Positions 51,945 to 64,000 of a stretch of 64,000 nt of DNA are shown one piece after another. The notes below the pieces were generated by a model. The model made no database searches and was not told the origin of the DNA. It saw only the letters and a list, made by a program, of their open reading frames with translations. Every line of letters begins with the position of its first letter. Position 1 is the stretch's first letter. This stretch comes from Lama glama (Eukaryota): positions 47,866,001-47,930,000 of the forward strand of contig CM052816.1 of NCBI GenBank assembly GCA_028534125.1, read 5' to 3'. A program made the translations under genes and the position numbers.

Positions 51945-54179
51945 GACCCTACATCACAAGCCTAGAAAAGAGCAACTAATGATCAAGGAGTTACCCTCTT
52001 CAGAAGCTAGCCCAAGGGACCTTCTTCTACATTTTATAGTGGGAATATTTTGGATTTCCTTTAGCTGAAAAGTCATTAATCTAAACTCTTCCCTTGGACT
52101 TGAGAGAAGGATAGGGCCTTTTTTGACCTTTGTGCCCTATGAGTAAATCTCCTGGATTCTCACACTCTCTTTCGCAAATGCTCTGACAACAGACCCACAC
52201 CCTTTATTTAATTAAGAAAATAACTTCCTTGCCTACAAATCAGTAAGTTCTTTGAGGACAGGTCTTGTTCGTATTCATATCCATGGTGTACACCATGCAG
52301 CCTGATATAATAGAAACTGTGACAGAATTACTGAGTAGTGTTTTTCCTCCCTGGGTACACCAAGATTTTCTTATGCTCAGAGGAAAAACAAAATATGGAG
52401 AAAAGAAGAGCCTGAGCTAATGTAGCTAAGCCAAGATATAATGGGTTGCATCAGCAATACAATGACGTGAATTCTATAGACCCTGCCCTCTGTTCCTGTG
52501 AGCAACCTCTTGGCACTATCACTGAGAAATTATCATTGAGAAATTAATTATAACTGACAGGCTTAGGAAATGGAGGCATGATTACAAGTAGCTCTGGCCC
52601 CAGTAACTCAGGAATACAATAATAGTTTAACTTAGTTGCAAGGAAAATGTTCAGCCAAATAAACAAGTTGGCATTCATTAGGGAGAAGAAATTTATCCAA
52701 AGCTCTGAAATGATATAACTGTGTGCTCCTATGAAATATAGAATTCTACCACTCTTGACTCAGCCTCTGTGGCATAAATACAGCTTACATTTTATGCTGA
52801 CCTAACACTGCTTTAAAATTAAAATTGAATTACTTAAATGTATTCTACCACTGCACCTAAAGCAGAACCATGGGACTCCAAAGAAAACTTCTAATGAAAA
52901 GACCGAGCTGCTATAATTTCTATCCCGGTTCAAGCAGCAAATGAAATGTACAGTTGCCAAAGCCAGCTCATTTCTATTGACCTTTAAATATATTTTATTT
53001 ATGTAATAAAAATGTGAGGAAATTGAAATATACTTTTATAAAGTTCTGCAACCCCACGATGTGCTTTCAGGCCCATGACATCAATTGTGTCTAAGTCTTC
53101 CACACTCATTTTTATTGTCCTTTATCATAGATCAAAACAGAAAAAAATACATCATTGAATTATCTGAGAACACTTGCATATTCAGGAAAAAAATTACAAA
53201 TTTAAAAGGGAAAATATCATTATTGAAATGTTGCAATCACAAAACAGATTTCACTGCATCTGTTCAAATAAGAAATCATAACATTCATCTATCCATTCAT
53301 CCTTTTTTTTGCTGGAGAGTCAGTGCTCAGATACACAAAAAGAGCCCTGTCCTCACCCACTTTGTGGAAGAAACCTCCTTTTCAGCCTCTACCTCTCTTA
53401 TTGCCTCAGGACTCCACAGCTGCACCTTGACCCTGCACACCTCATGTTTTGCTAGAAAAAAAACTTCTTCAAATGGGAAAGCACATTACCATCAACCTCT
53501 CAGCGCTGAAGCTCTGAAGATTCCTTGCATGGAGCTGCTAAGGTCTACAGATAATTATCTGATGTATGTATGCATGTATATGTGGGGTATATGTGTGTGT
53601 AAAAATATGAATGTTTTTGTATTAAGTTTTACAAAAATCTTTCAACTAAAATTACAGCCTATTAAAGTAGTACCTGCACTAGATGACCCTCAGGATTTCT
53701 TTCCACTGCATTTTTAAAATCCAAGCGTGAATTAGGATTTTTAGTTATTAACACTGGTGCTAACGTCTTCCTTTAGTGACATTTTGATTGAACAAAGGTG
53801 GAAAACTTAGTAAGCATAGCACCCCTGAGTTTTATAAGGACTGGTAACTCTCAAGGGCATAGTAAAACTAAAATAACCTGTCAAATAACTCAAGCCCTAT
53901 ACCAGACTCCAAGATTAACTTGGCATCCAGCATCCCTTGAGGTTACAGACTATTGTATCCCAAATGACTTGTAGTTACCTTTCTTAGTCATTTGGATTCA
54001 GTTGTTATGTTTAATTATAAAGGTGAGTAGTGACTTTTTTTAAGACTTAAAATTCTTAAAAAATTTCTTGTAACAAATGACTTCCTTATTCATTTTCCAG
54101 TCTTGTCAATTTAGGGGTCATGAGGATTTTCTTAATCAAATCTGCTCTAGTTGATAAGGTTTAAAATGATTCCAAAGAA

Positions 54180-54715
54180 ACAAACTCTGTTGAGGGCAAT
54201 TTAGCAATATTATCAAAATTATAGATGCATAACCCTTGACCCAGTAATCCCGGGGTCAAAAAAATTCTGAAAATTTATGCTAGAGAAATACTAGCACATG
54301 TGAGAAATGATCTGAGTAAAAACTTCTTCACTTCCACATTGTTGAATCATTTCAGTGATGGGGAATAATGTTAAGTGTTCAACATTAGTGGAGTTTACAA
54401 AAAGAAAAATCTCTATATACTGATAATAGGAATATCATCAAAATATATTGTTAAATGAAACAAAGGTGCCGAATAGTACATATAGAAGGCTACCTTTTGT
54501 ATAAAAAGGGTGTTTAAGACAATATATTTGTATTTGTTATATATGCATAAAGAATATGAAGGAATATCTGTTACCTCTGGTTTTTTTGCGGGTGGGGGCA
54601 GTTGCTTGAAACCAGATGGATGGAGGATGAGAAGTACGAAGACTTTTCACCATTTATTTTTATTGTTTGTGATTTCTGAACCAGGAATTACTACTACTAC
54701 AAAATTTTATAACTC
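54180..54715 (+). mobile_element. Ancient L1ME-like 3' fragment
   Basis: gagggcaatttagcaatattatcaaaatt...cccttgacccagtaatccc...atatattgttaaatgaaa. Confidence 0.6.
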
Positions 54716-56119
54716 CAAAGAAGTAAGTTAGTTTTAAAAATAGATATAGTAAAGTAATTCCAGTATAACAGGACGTGCTAGGGTAATTGGAAACCCTTTT
54801 TCTCTGTCTGGAAACTGAACACTGATGCTGTGTAAGTTGAGAAAGGACTCAAAGGCAGTCTTCTTGCACTTAGCTATTGTGTGGTGTAGCTGAAAAAAGT
54901 CCCATGTGATTTTCTGGAGAAACAACTATATGATCCAGAAGATTACTTCCCCAACCATAGACTGAATTTTAAGGGTTTTTCTCTACCCAATTTAGTGGTT
55001 TCCCCATTCCTCGAAATCAGCTACAGCTATGATCTGCTAGAGGGGAACACGCTCACTCGCCACCACTTCCCACACCCTCACTCTGAAGCCCTGACAGTTG
55101 CCCTACTTAAATCTTCATGAATACCTATGAATCTCTCTCTCTCTGAAGAAATATCCATGTATTTTTGATTCTCCCATGTCAATGGCACCAACGGTATATT
55201 CACCTTTCTCAGTTTTTAATATTTTAACAACTATACAGGAAGCAAAAACAGTGAGTCCAACACTCTGCAAGGTGTTATGAGGCACAGAAGGTCAAGGCAT
55301 GCTCCTGCCACAATGAGGTCACATTCCAGCCACCTTGCTTCCATCTTTCACTTAGGAAGTTTAATAATGATTGAGACCCTACTCTGTACAAAATCTAAGC
55401 TTTTCAGTTTTCTCTCTTAAACTTCAAATTCTTTCCACCTCTGATTTCTCCTTCTTGATAGTAACCTTAGCTGTCTTTTATAGATCTCATCCCCTGGGCC
55501 CATCATGGGACTTAGCCCTTTGTGAGTATATAAAATACAAGTTTCACTATCAATTTAACAAACCAAAAACGTAACTTTATTTTTTCCATGACTGAACTTC
55601 TATTTCAAAACTTACTCCACTGGTGGCAGAGATGGAATCCTAATTTCCAAATGAACTAAGTCCATTCAGAATTTTCTTTCACTCTCTCTTCTCTTCAAAG
55701 TTATACTACTATTGGGATAGGGAGGGCAGGTGGGGATATTCCTATAGTATCAAGTCTTGGGTAAGAGGAAAGTATTTTGTGATCAGCCATTTCCCAACAA
55801 GGCTGACCTCTCCTGAGCTGTTTATCACAGTCATATGAGGCACTAATTTTGATTCTCTGGCACCTGCTGTGTCATCCTCCCCATGGATTGACACAGCCGT
55901 ACAAATCCAGTACTGCCAATGTCCCCTCTGCTCCAATATTGATTATGCTGAGAAACAGTCAGCTGCTCCCCAAGACAGGCAGGACGAGGTGATCACTAGC
56001 CTGTCTAGAAGGCATGCCCTCCTTCCTAGATACCTCTGAGTTTTTTTCTCATCCACATTAGTACTCCCATTTCTAACTTGCCCATCTTTTCTCCTATCCC
56101 AGTGTATGTTTTAGTCCCT

Positions 56120-56233
56120 GTGACAGAAAAATCAGAACCAGCAGATATTCCTTCAGATCTCTTTGGCGCTCAAATAGTGACAGAAAAATCAGAACCAGCA
56201 GATATTCCTTCAGATCTCTTTGGTGCTCAAATA
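56120..56233 (+). repeat. Tandem duplication, 57 bp x 2
   Basis: 56120-56176 and 56177-56233 are identical except c56167/t56224. Confidence 0.97.
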
Positions 56234-56920
56234 ACAAGAATCAACTTTTCAGTTTTGATGTTGTGCTAAATTCTCTGAAAAAGTCAAGCTTTGCGTGCTC
56301 ACATGATTCTGCACTCATTTAGTGTGAAGAAAAACATCTAAACTCATTTCCATATTTGGCCATTAAGCACCTTTTTTTTTTTATTTCTTTAGTGTACAGA
56401 CTTCTAGCTTTTTATATCAGTCAGATCCAAATCTATGCTACTGGTTTTCCAATCTGTGTTAGTGCTACTTCTTTTGAATTCAGTGTTTCATCTACTAATT
56501 CTATTTTGTTCAACCTTGGGACTTTTTTAAAAGAAAGCAAACTTCTACAATAGAACCATACTTTTTACTCTTTCCTCAAGCAGCCTACTCCTGCCCTTAG
56601 AGGCATTGACATGAATTTTGTTCCCTGTCTCTGTCTGTCAATAGCGTCCCTGATTGAAGTTGCTGCCCAAAGTCCTGGCACATTTTGGATGAGTTTCCAC
56701 TGCTCACTTGTCCTTCCAACTCTAAGGATTTCCTCTTTTCTCAAGTGGCTTTAAGGAAATTTTGCAGGAAAATACATGGCATATAGGCCCAGCCTCACAT
56801 GCTTAGGCCAGCAAACATCTCTAGTGCCTTTGATCCTCATTCCCACAGGTCAGACAAATGGACAACCCAATGCAGAATGGTTTTCTCTTATCTACTCTGT
56901 ACCCCATCCATGGCTTTGGA

Positions 56921-57078
56921 AAGTGAAGAAGAGGGGAATTGTAGAAAGAAGGAAAGAGAAGAGGAAAGATTGAGAGGAAGGGTAAAGAAACAGAAAGGAG
57001 GAAGGGTTGGGGCAAGGAGGGGGAGAGAAAGAAAGAAAGAAGGAAAGAACAGGGAGGAGAGTTGGTTAGAAAGGAGAT
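56921..57078 (+). repeat. GA-rich low-complexity tract
   Basis: About 155 bp, predominantly purine. Confidence 0.75.
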
Positions 57079-58019
57079 GACCAGAGTAGAGTTTCAAAAC
57101 TAGATGAAAGGAATCAACCTTCTGTGGAAACAGAAAGGCTAGAACACTATGGAGTATTCAGACAGATGTATTTTCATAACCTCCTAAAGAAGGTCACAAT
57201 AGGGACCTACGATAATGTCCAGGTGATTGTTACCTTCTTTGCAAGGTATCGGGTCAAAGAATTTCATGGCTCTGGACTCAAGATCATTCCTTAAGGGGAA
57301 AGTACAGTCAATTTCTGGGAGACCTAGAAATTAAACCCAGTTAGCCTGAATTGAAGAAAACCTCAAGTGGAGGCATTTTAGGTGATTGTCACAGTCCTAT
57401 TTACAGTTAAACTAGCCAGACTGTCATCTAAGCTATGCACCGCAACTGAGTTCAAGTCAACAAATAGTTAAGTATCAAATAATATAGGTGTCAATTGCTA
57501 TTTTGGGTCTAGGGATGTAATAGTGTACATATAACACATGGACTTAGTCCTCATGGAACCTAAAGGCTAATGGTAGACAAAGGTTCATTTATGACCTTTA
57601 ACCTGGATAAAGTAAGATTTTAGATAGTAACACAGAACAGGTAAGTTTAAAATTCTGAAGTTAATGCATTCTGTTTATAGTTGCATAAATGTCAATTCAC
57701 CACTCACATGACAGATTTTGGTCATTCATTCTTCCTTCTTTTGTTCAGTCAACAGTTGAGCAACTCCTATGCACTAAACCCTGTGTGAAATATAGACTAA
57801 TTAACCTAAATTTCCCCAACCATTAGAATAATCTGTGGGAAAAATATGGATTCTCTTGACGATTTTTATTTAGTGAGGCTAAGTATATCCCAGAAACACG
57901 TACTGTTAGCACCCACTGTAGGAGACTTATGAACAAAGAAAATGGGGAAATCTTGCTGTAAAAATCCTAAGATAAAATAAATAGGAAGTTTACTCTCAAG
58001 GATTTTACATCCTCTCCAA

Positions 58020-58285
58020 CTTTGATTAGATTTTCCTCTAACATTTGAAAGGGTCATTCAAGTAGATTTATGGCCCAGTTAAGTGGATCTATAAAATAAT
58101 GTCACTTTTTTGTAGGTGATTCCAAAACTAACACTGCAAGAAATTCCAAAAGTGCAGCTTCTAAAATATTTAGAATAATGGATTTCCAAGGGGGCTAATT
58201 TCAAGCACAAAATTTGTTTTTTGTTTTTTTAAAAAACTTCATATTCTTATTTGAAAAAAAAAATCATTACTTTTGGGTCACATGG
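58020..58285 (+). mobile_element. Possible MARNA (mariner) relic
   Basis: aattccaaaagtgcagcttctaaaatatttagaataatgg...ccaagggggctaatttcaag...tcattacttttgggtcaca resembles the MARNA 3' half as recalled. Confidence 0.4.
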
Positions 58286-58844
58286 TTTATAACTACAAGT
58301 ATAAATTTTGAAGCCAAGAGAGACATTAAATGATCCCCTCACTTAAAAATTCGTATGAAAACCACTGGACCCAGAAAGGCTGAGTTCCCCAAATTTACAG
58401 AACTAGTAAAGAGAAGGACTAGAGCCTGTCATCTAGTTCTGGAAACAAACAAACAAAACCCCATGATTTCCATTTTAGCGTACTCTTTCCATCCCTCAGC
58501 TGCTCAGAGCGAAAACAAAGGGTCTTCCACAGACTAAGCTTTACCTATGAGTGGTTGGACATTTTTAGTTCTTCACTGTATCCCTAGCAGATAGTGCAGT
58601 GCCTGGGATACTGTGGGTAAGAGGAACCGTTTCCTCCTACCCCCATTAAACCAAGTTCACTGTCATAATGTTAAAAAGTGGGTATCAGGTTACCCTCCCT
58701 CCCCTTCCTCCTCGTTTTTCTGAGCAACCAGCCCAGCACCCACCTCAAAATTTCCTCTCTCCATTCCTCTCACCCCCATCCCTGCCTTTTCTTGATGTAC
58801 AAGTACACAAATATTTCCACCAGGTCCTGCAGAAACCTTCTGGG

Positions 58845-59004
58845 TAACTACTACGAGTGTACTCCCCGTATTAGCAGCGTTGGCATCAACTGGGAGCTTA
58901 TTAGACATGTAGAGTGTCTAGATGCCCCAGACCTACTGAATTAGAAGCTACATTTAACAAGATCCCAGGGTGACTCATTGCACATTAAAGTCTGAAAAGC
59001 ACTG
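58845..59004. mobile_element. MER5A-like hAT element
   Basis: gcagcgttggcatcaactgggagcttattaga...ccccagacctactgaattagaa...tttaacaagatcccagggtgactc...cacattaaagtctgaaaagcactg. Confidence 0.8.
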
Positions 59005-62000
59005 GCCCTGGGTCCGCATCAAATGCACACTAGACATACATTTTACTTCTTGTAAAGATTTAATAGCAAGGGAGTAAATTATATTTTAAGAGAGACATAG
59101 AAGATTGCTGACCTCTTTTGGAGAGATTGCTCAAATAATTTTATTTCCCAGCTACAATTACATTAGTCTAAGAAAAAAGCTGGGGTTTTTTTGGTTTTGT
59201 TTTTGGTCCTGTATCTAATTTGCCCAGTAATAATAACTTTTAAGTACTGGGAAAATTTATTTGTTTGTTTATTGTATTGTTACTGTAAACTAACATGATT
59301 TGCCAGAAACAACTGCAGTACAGGACTTTTCTTGAGGATTAATGACAAGTAAGAAGGAATGGCTGACTTGAGACCAGACCAAAAGCAATTAATCCAACAA
59401 GTTATTAATTCTCAACACATGCCTAATGTTGAAGTCACTATTGTTCCATCTACAGAGCACTTGGAAAAAAGAAAGAGTTCTATAGATCTTTTCTCATGCT
59501 TTAGGCAGTTTCATTTTGCTGTTTGCTAATGTTTCCTGGAGGCTCTCATAGAGAACCACTGCTTTGTTCATTAACCTTTCAAATTGCTTGATGTTTGTGG
59601 CACACCGTGCAAGATGATCTATTACTTTTACCTTAACGTTTCATTTAGTTCACTCTGCCACCCATACCATGCCTAGGAAATACACTGTTAGTTCCAAATT
59701 CATTATGCAAATACGACACCTAGGCACTATTTCTCTAACTTTCATTAGCTCTACTCCACCATTATCCTGGCCTCCTATGAATCAGAGGTATCAAATTACT
59801 TACACAGATATGTGGGAGTCTTGAGGGAGGGGGGTTGGTGTGAAGCTCAGTGGTCTCCCAAAGAGTCAGCAGAAAATCAATTGGATTTGAATCGAATGCT
59901 GCATTCTGCATTTTCAAATCCTACAGTTAGAGTATGTCCTCTCAGGAAAAGCCTTCTAGCATGTGAGCCTTAAGAAACCATGTCATGTTTACAGAATCAG
60001 GAGCAGCTCCCCTCAAAACACCTGCAGACACGTATGTCTGCTGAAACCTTTCACGTGAAGATGGCAGTTAGTCACAGGCTAAACAATGGATAAGACAGTG
60101 AACTATTAAGAATCTTTAAAAACAAAGCAAAGCAATACTCTTACTTTCTATACATGAGGCTTTATGTGTATCTATCAGACTTTGTATTTTAAGTAAAGTA
60201 GCATGCTCTACATAAAGATAACTGCTTCTATGTGCAATAAAAATGTATTTGAATTTCCTCAAGATTGTTTCACATTTCCTTTCTTGAAATGCAGTGTATA
60301 TTTCAAGGAAAGAAGTAGTCTTTGTCTACAAGTTCTTATGTTAAATCTTTCCTTTATTCATAACACAAGATCTTAAAATACAAAACGTCATTTTTCAAAA
60401 TGGAAATACAAACAGAAACTTGCTCAGTTTGTTCATTCTTCCCAAGTGAGTTGGTTTAGCTGTACAAGTGATGCACAGCTGATCTGAGTGTTTGGACGAA
60501 GTGTTTTTCCCCTTCCCTCTATTTCTCATGCCAAAACCCACTGATTTGATCTCCAGCTGGTTCTAAACATCTTATTAATGCTGGGTAAAATCTAAACATT
60601 TTCCATCAATGGGTACCCATGCATGGTCTGCATGGAATTTAATCTTGTGAGGGCCCCCTCCCAATCAACACAACTATTTCATCAATCATTGCCTATACAT
60701 TGAATAAATATGTCTCATTTATGTATGTTTCCTTATTTTAAAATATATATAGGTGTAGTTTTGATTAATAGGATGGCAATGCACTTAAGTATTCTTAATT
60801 TTGTCATGTTTTTAATCTATGTTAAGGGATACTTTGTTCAGCTCTTATGGATAGAAACTAATCGTTTAAAAAATAATTCAGAAACTTGATTTCGTGACTG
60901 AAATGTGGGTAAAAGTACTCTAGGGAACAAGAAAGCATGTTAAGTGTAAGTTACGTCTTCTTTTGTTGAATAATCTAAATCCTCCAAGCACCAGTGAACA
61001 CCTATTCTGTATGAGCTTTATAGGAGGGGCTGGCAGCATCAACATGTGTATGACTCAATCTTTAACCTCAGAAAGCTGGTAATAGTGCAGATAATGTGAA
61101 CTGAAACGTGAGTGGGAATTAACCTTATACCCACCTTTAAGAAAAATGGTCAGCGGAAAAAACATGTAGGAGAAAGCAGCTTCAGGTACACGAAGTCTAC
61201 TACACATTTTAAACACTGTCCTCAACAACCTTAAAAAGCCTTTGATTTGTGTGTACTTTCAGCCAGTTCAATAGATTTCTTCAACATTTATTATATGCTG
61301 ACATCTAGGGATATTGATCCAAACATATTTTATCACTAAAAGCAGCTGATGTATTTAAGCATCCAAAGATTTTGTTTTTAGTGCATTTTTATCTATGAGT
61401 CATCTTCCCATGACCTGTGACTATTGCTATGGAAGGCAGAAATTTCTTGACATTCATTTAAAGCGTAGGGTTAGGAATACTAGATTTTGATTTAATTGAC
61501 TCTTTTATTTCACCATCATAAACTTTTATGGACTTCCACAAATCCTGGTTTTGGAACTGACCTGAAATGAAGAGTGTATTAGAACAAGTATTTTAGATGA
61601 TGTGTATTTTTACCAAACTAACTCTTGTTTTGAATAAATTACTGGTCAAATTAAATTATTAGTAGACTCAGATTTGTTTGGACAAATGAGCAGTAAATTT
61701 ATACAAGGTCATCAGTTTAAGTCTTGTGACCCTTTTCACATTTACTATTTCTTCCAAATAATCATTTAGAGTCTTAGGGTTTAAAATATAAGTTGGAATT
61801 TGAGAGTAAACAGGATCTGGAGAAAGAATGTTAATGGTGTAACATTTAAGTTTCTAAAATTTTATGTTAACCAACATTGCATCTAGGCAATACTCAACAG
61901 ATTAGAAGGAGAAATTACATCAGAAATTTTTAATTTACTAATCATTGATCAAGAGGAGATTCCTTGATGGAAAAATAAAACCAAGATTTCTTGTGTTTTT

Positions 62001-62451
62001 AATTTTTTTTTTTTTAGTTTGTAATCAAATAATCAAAATACGTACCCACAGCTAGGTAGGATATTTGACTACACTGAGTAAGACTAAATGAAATTCAAAT
62101 AACTAGTCACTAATCTTTCTCTGTTATCCTCAACAACTGTTGACACAGTAAAACAATGTTCTTTGGTCTATGATATAGCAGAAAAAATATTTGCAAAATA
62201 TCCTAAGAAAAATATGAAAACACTTAATTTTAACACAATATTTGGACATTGGATATAATGCATACTTATCCAGTTCCTAATATGTCATGCACTCCTTTAA
62301 GTGTTTTATATATAAAGTAGATCTAGTCTATGCAATTTTTCTCAGTTGCCAATTTAATGAGCTTTCAATAACAGAATTCTTGCAACTATAAGGACAAAAT
62401 ATCCAAATCAAAGTACATTATTCAAAACATGAATTGTCTAGTTTGGATGTG

Positions 62452-62650
62452 TTCATTGATCCATTCATTAAATAGTTATTAAGCTCCAACCATTTGCTGG
62501 TAACTTTGTGAATGCTTGGTCCCTAGTGAGGAATTAAGAGTCCCTGCTCTCATGTCACTTGTTTTTTAAAGATGTATAAACAGAACAAATAAGTAAACAA
62601 AAAGATTTTTTTAATTATAAAAGTCCTTAATGCTATGAAGAAAACAAACC
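62452..62650 (-). mobile_element. L2 3' fragment
   Basis: cattcattaaatagttattaagctccaaccatttgctgg...gtccctgctctcatg...aatgctatgaagaaaa. Confidence 0.6.
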
Positions 62651-64000
62651 AAGTAAACATCATAAAATGAATATAAAGTCACATAATTTGGTACCAGGTG
62701 GGCACCACTGGAAGTCTGTGTCCTAGTTTCCAGAAAAAAACATTGTCCTGTAATGAGTTTAAACTCTCTAACAAGCTAATATGCAAGCTAAGGAGGCACA
62801 AAATTACTTTTGACGCATAAGGTAAATATACAAACACAAACGTAGATTGTGAAACTTAAAAGCTCTGTAGAGAGTGATACAGAGGTCAGAGCTCCCCTCT
62901 AATAAACCATTAACACTTAGAGATATATGTTAAAATGATGTCAAGATTGGGACAAAGCAAGAGGAGTAAGAAAATTCCATGTTGAGGTTTATACTCTAGT
63001 TCTGCTACAGGCCCACTATTTTATGAACCTCTGATCCATGGTTTATAGTATATAAGTCAAGTGATGGCAGGCAAAGCCTTGGGACAAAAAAGTTAAGACA
63101 CGCCAAACTCTGAGCAATAGTATGTAATTGGCACCGAGATACTGCATGGTATTTTCTCTCTCAAAGGAATCCTGGTCCATTTTCTTAGTAAAGTAGTTTT
63201 TAGTCTCTCACAGCAATATCTTCTTCACTTATTAATTTCTAAGAGAAAGACAGGGGATGCTTTATTGAAAGCATCCATTTGTTCACTTAATCACTAACTT
63301 GTTGAACAAATATTCGTTGAACATGTATTTTAGTTCTTCCTAAACTTAACTTGGTAAATGCTAAACTGTCTTACACTTGACTGGTCTGAAGGACTACAGT
63401 AAGGCAAAACCATCCACGTGTGTCATTTATGACAAGCCCACTCTGTCGCCCTGGATTCCGACAGGGGTGTACGTGGTACAGAGCTTCAGGCTGATCACTG
63501 GGAACTTGCTGAGCAGCTGTGCTGAGTAGTCGGCTGCTTTACTACGTTTGATAGACACTGGCTAGTAAGATCACCTGCTTATTTAAGAAAAAAAGCCTGT
63601 CACAAATGCTAACTGGGGATTGTCTGTTCTGTAAACATTTAGCATAAGATCATTTTATTCATTATATGCACACTATCGAACTGCTTAAAACAATGAACAA
63701 CCACTATTTGGGTAAGTAAGATATAATATAGAGGAACCAGAAGGAAGTCTCTGGTTAGTTAGCATTGATTAGAACCTTATTTTAAAACTGTCCGGATTTT
63801 GTTTCTATAAACTAAGGAGAATGTGGATTGGGGGGAAGAAATGAGACAGAAAAATTCATTTTAAATTAAAAAATCAGATATATTTTACCAAATTAGAAAA
63901 TATTACCAAATTAGAGTCCCTTCTCCTAGACATGAAAAAGCTTGTGATTCAACAGTATGAATTATACATAGCTACTAGGTGAAGGATATTGGACAGATAA

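Noticed and set aside
53085..53717. 210-codon plus-strand ORF
   Set aside because: Starts at TTG, no recognisable domain, runs through low-complexity (TG/TA) sequence, no clear splice context; treated as a chance ORF.
56078..56269. Repeat-containing peptide or CRISPR-like array
   Set aside because: Just two adjacent 57-bp copies with no spacer, in a mammalian context.
59700..59712. Scattered octamer motifs (ATGCAAAT at about 16815, 30343, 59705 and reverse copies)
   Set aside because: Several are expected by chance in AT-rich 64 kb; no adjacent canonical SOX half-site.
63885..63915. ttaccaaattaga repeated twice as a TSD
   Set aside because: Only a 5-bp spacer and no endonuclease-site or tail signature; ordinary micro-duplication.
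1..64000. A novel multi-gene system (defence island, operon, intact endogenous virus)
   Set aside because: The only protein homologies I can recognise are L1 ORF1/ORF2; the rest is repeat-rich non-coding mammalian DNA.

Overview
AT-rich, CpG-depleted placental-mammal DNA with no recognisable cellular protein-coding gene, tRNA, rRNA or CRISPR array. It reads as intronic or intergenic sequence made largely of interspersed repeats. The main feature is a full-length but inactivated LINE-1 (4497-10187, +) with a 17-bp target-site duplication (TSD), 5'UTR, broken ORF1 and ORF2, and a 500-N assembly gap. The window also holds older or truncated L1s (one twin-primed, one scrambled mosaic) and two related solo ERV1-type LTRs with separate TSDs. 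Other repeats include MER34-, MER21-, LTR16- and MLT1-like LTRs, Tigger2-, MER3-, MER5- and MER58-like DNA transposon relics, and many MIR/L2 fossils. The style of the young L1 3' ends, plus no visible Alu/B1/Bov-tA/PRE-1/CAN SINEs, suggests a cetartiodactyl, possibly a camelid (inference only). Repeat subfamily names are from remembered consensus sequences and need RepeatMasker/Dfam confirmation. I found no evidence of a new multi-gene biological system. The best leads are an ORF0-like antisense ORF in the L1 5'UTR, the scrambled L1 with a fold-back, and a strand bias plus candidate exon hinting at a minus-strand host transcript.
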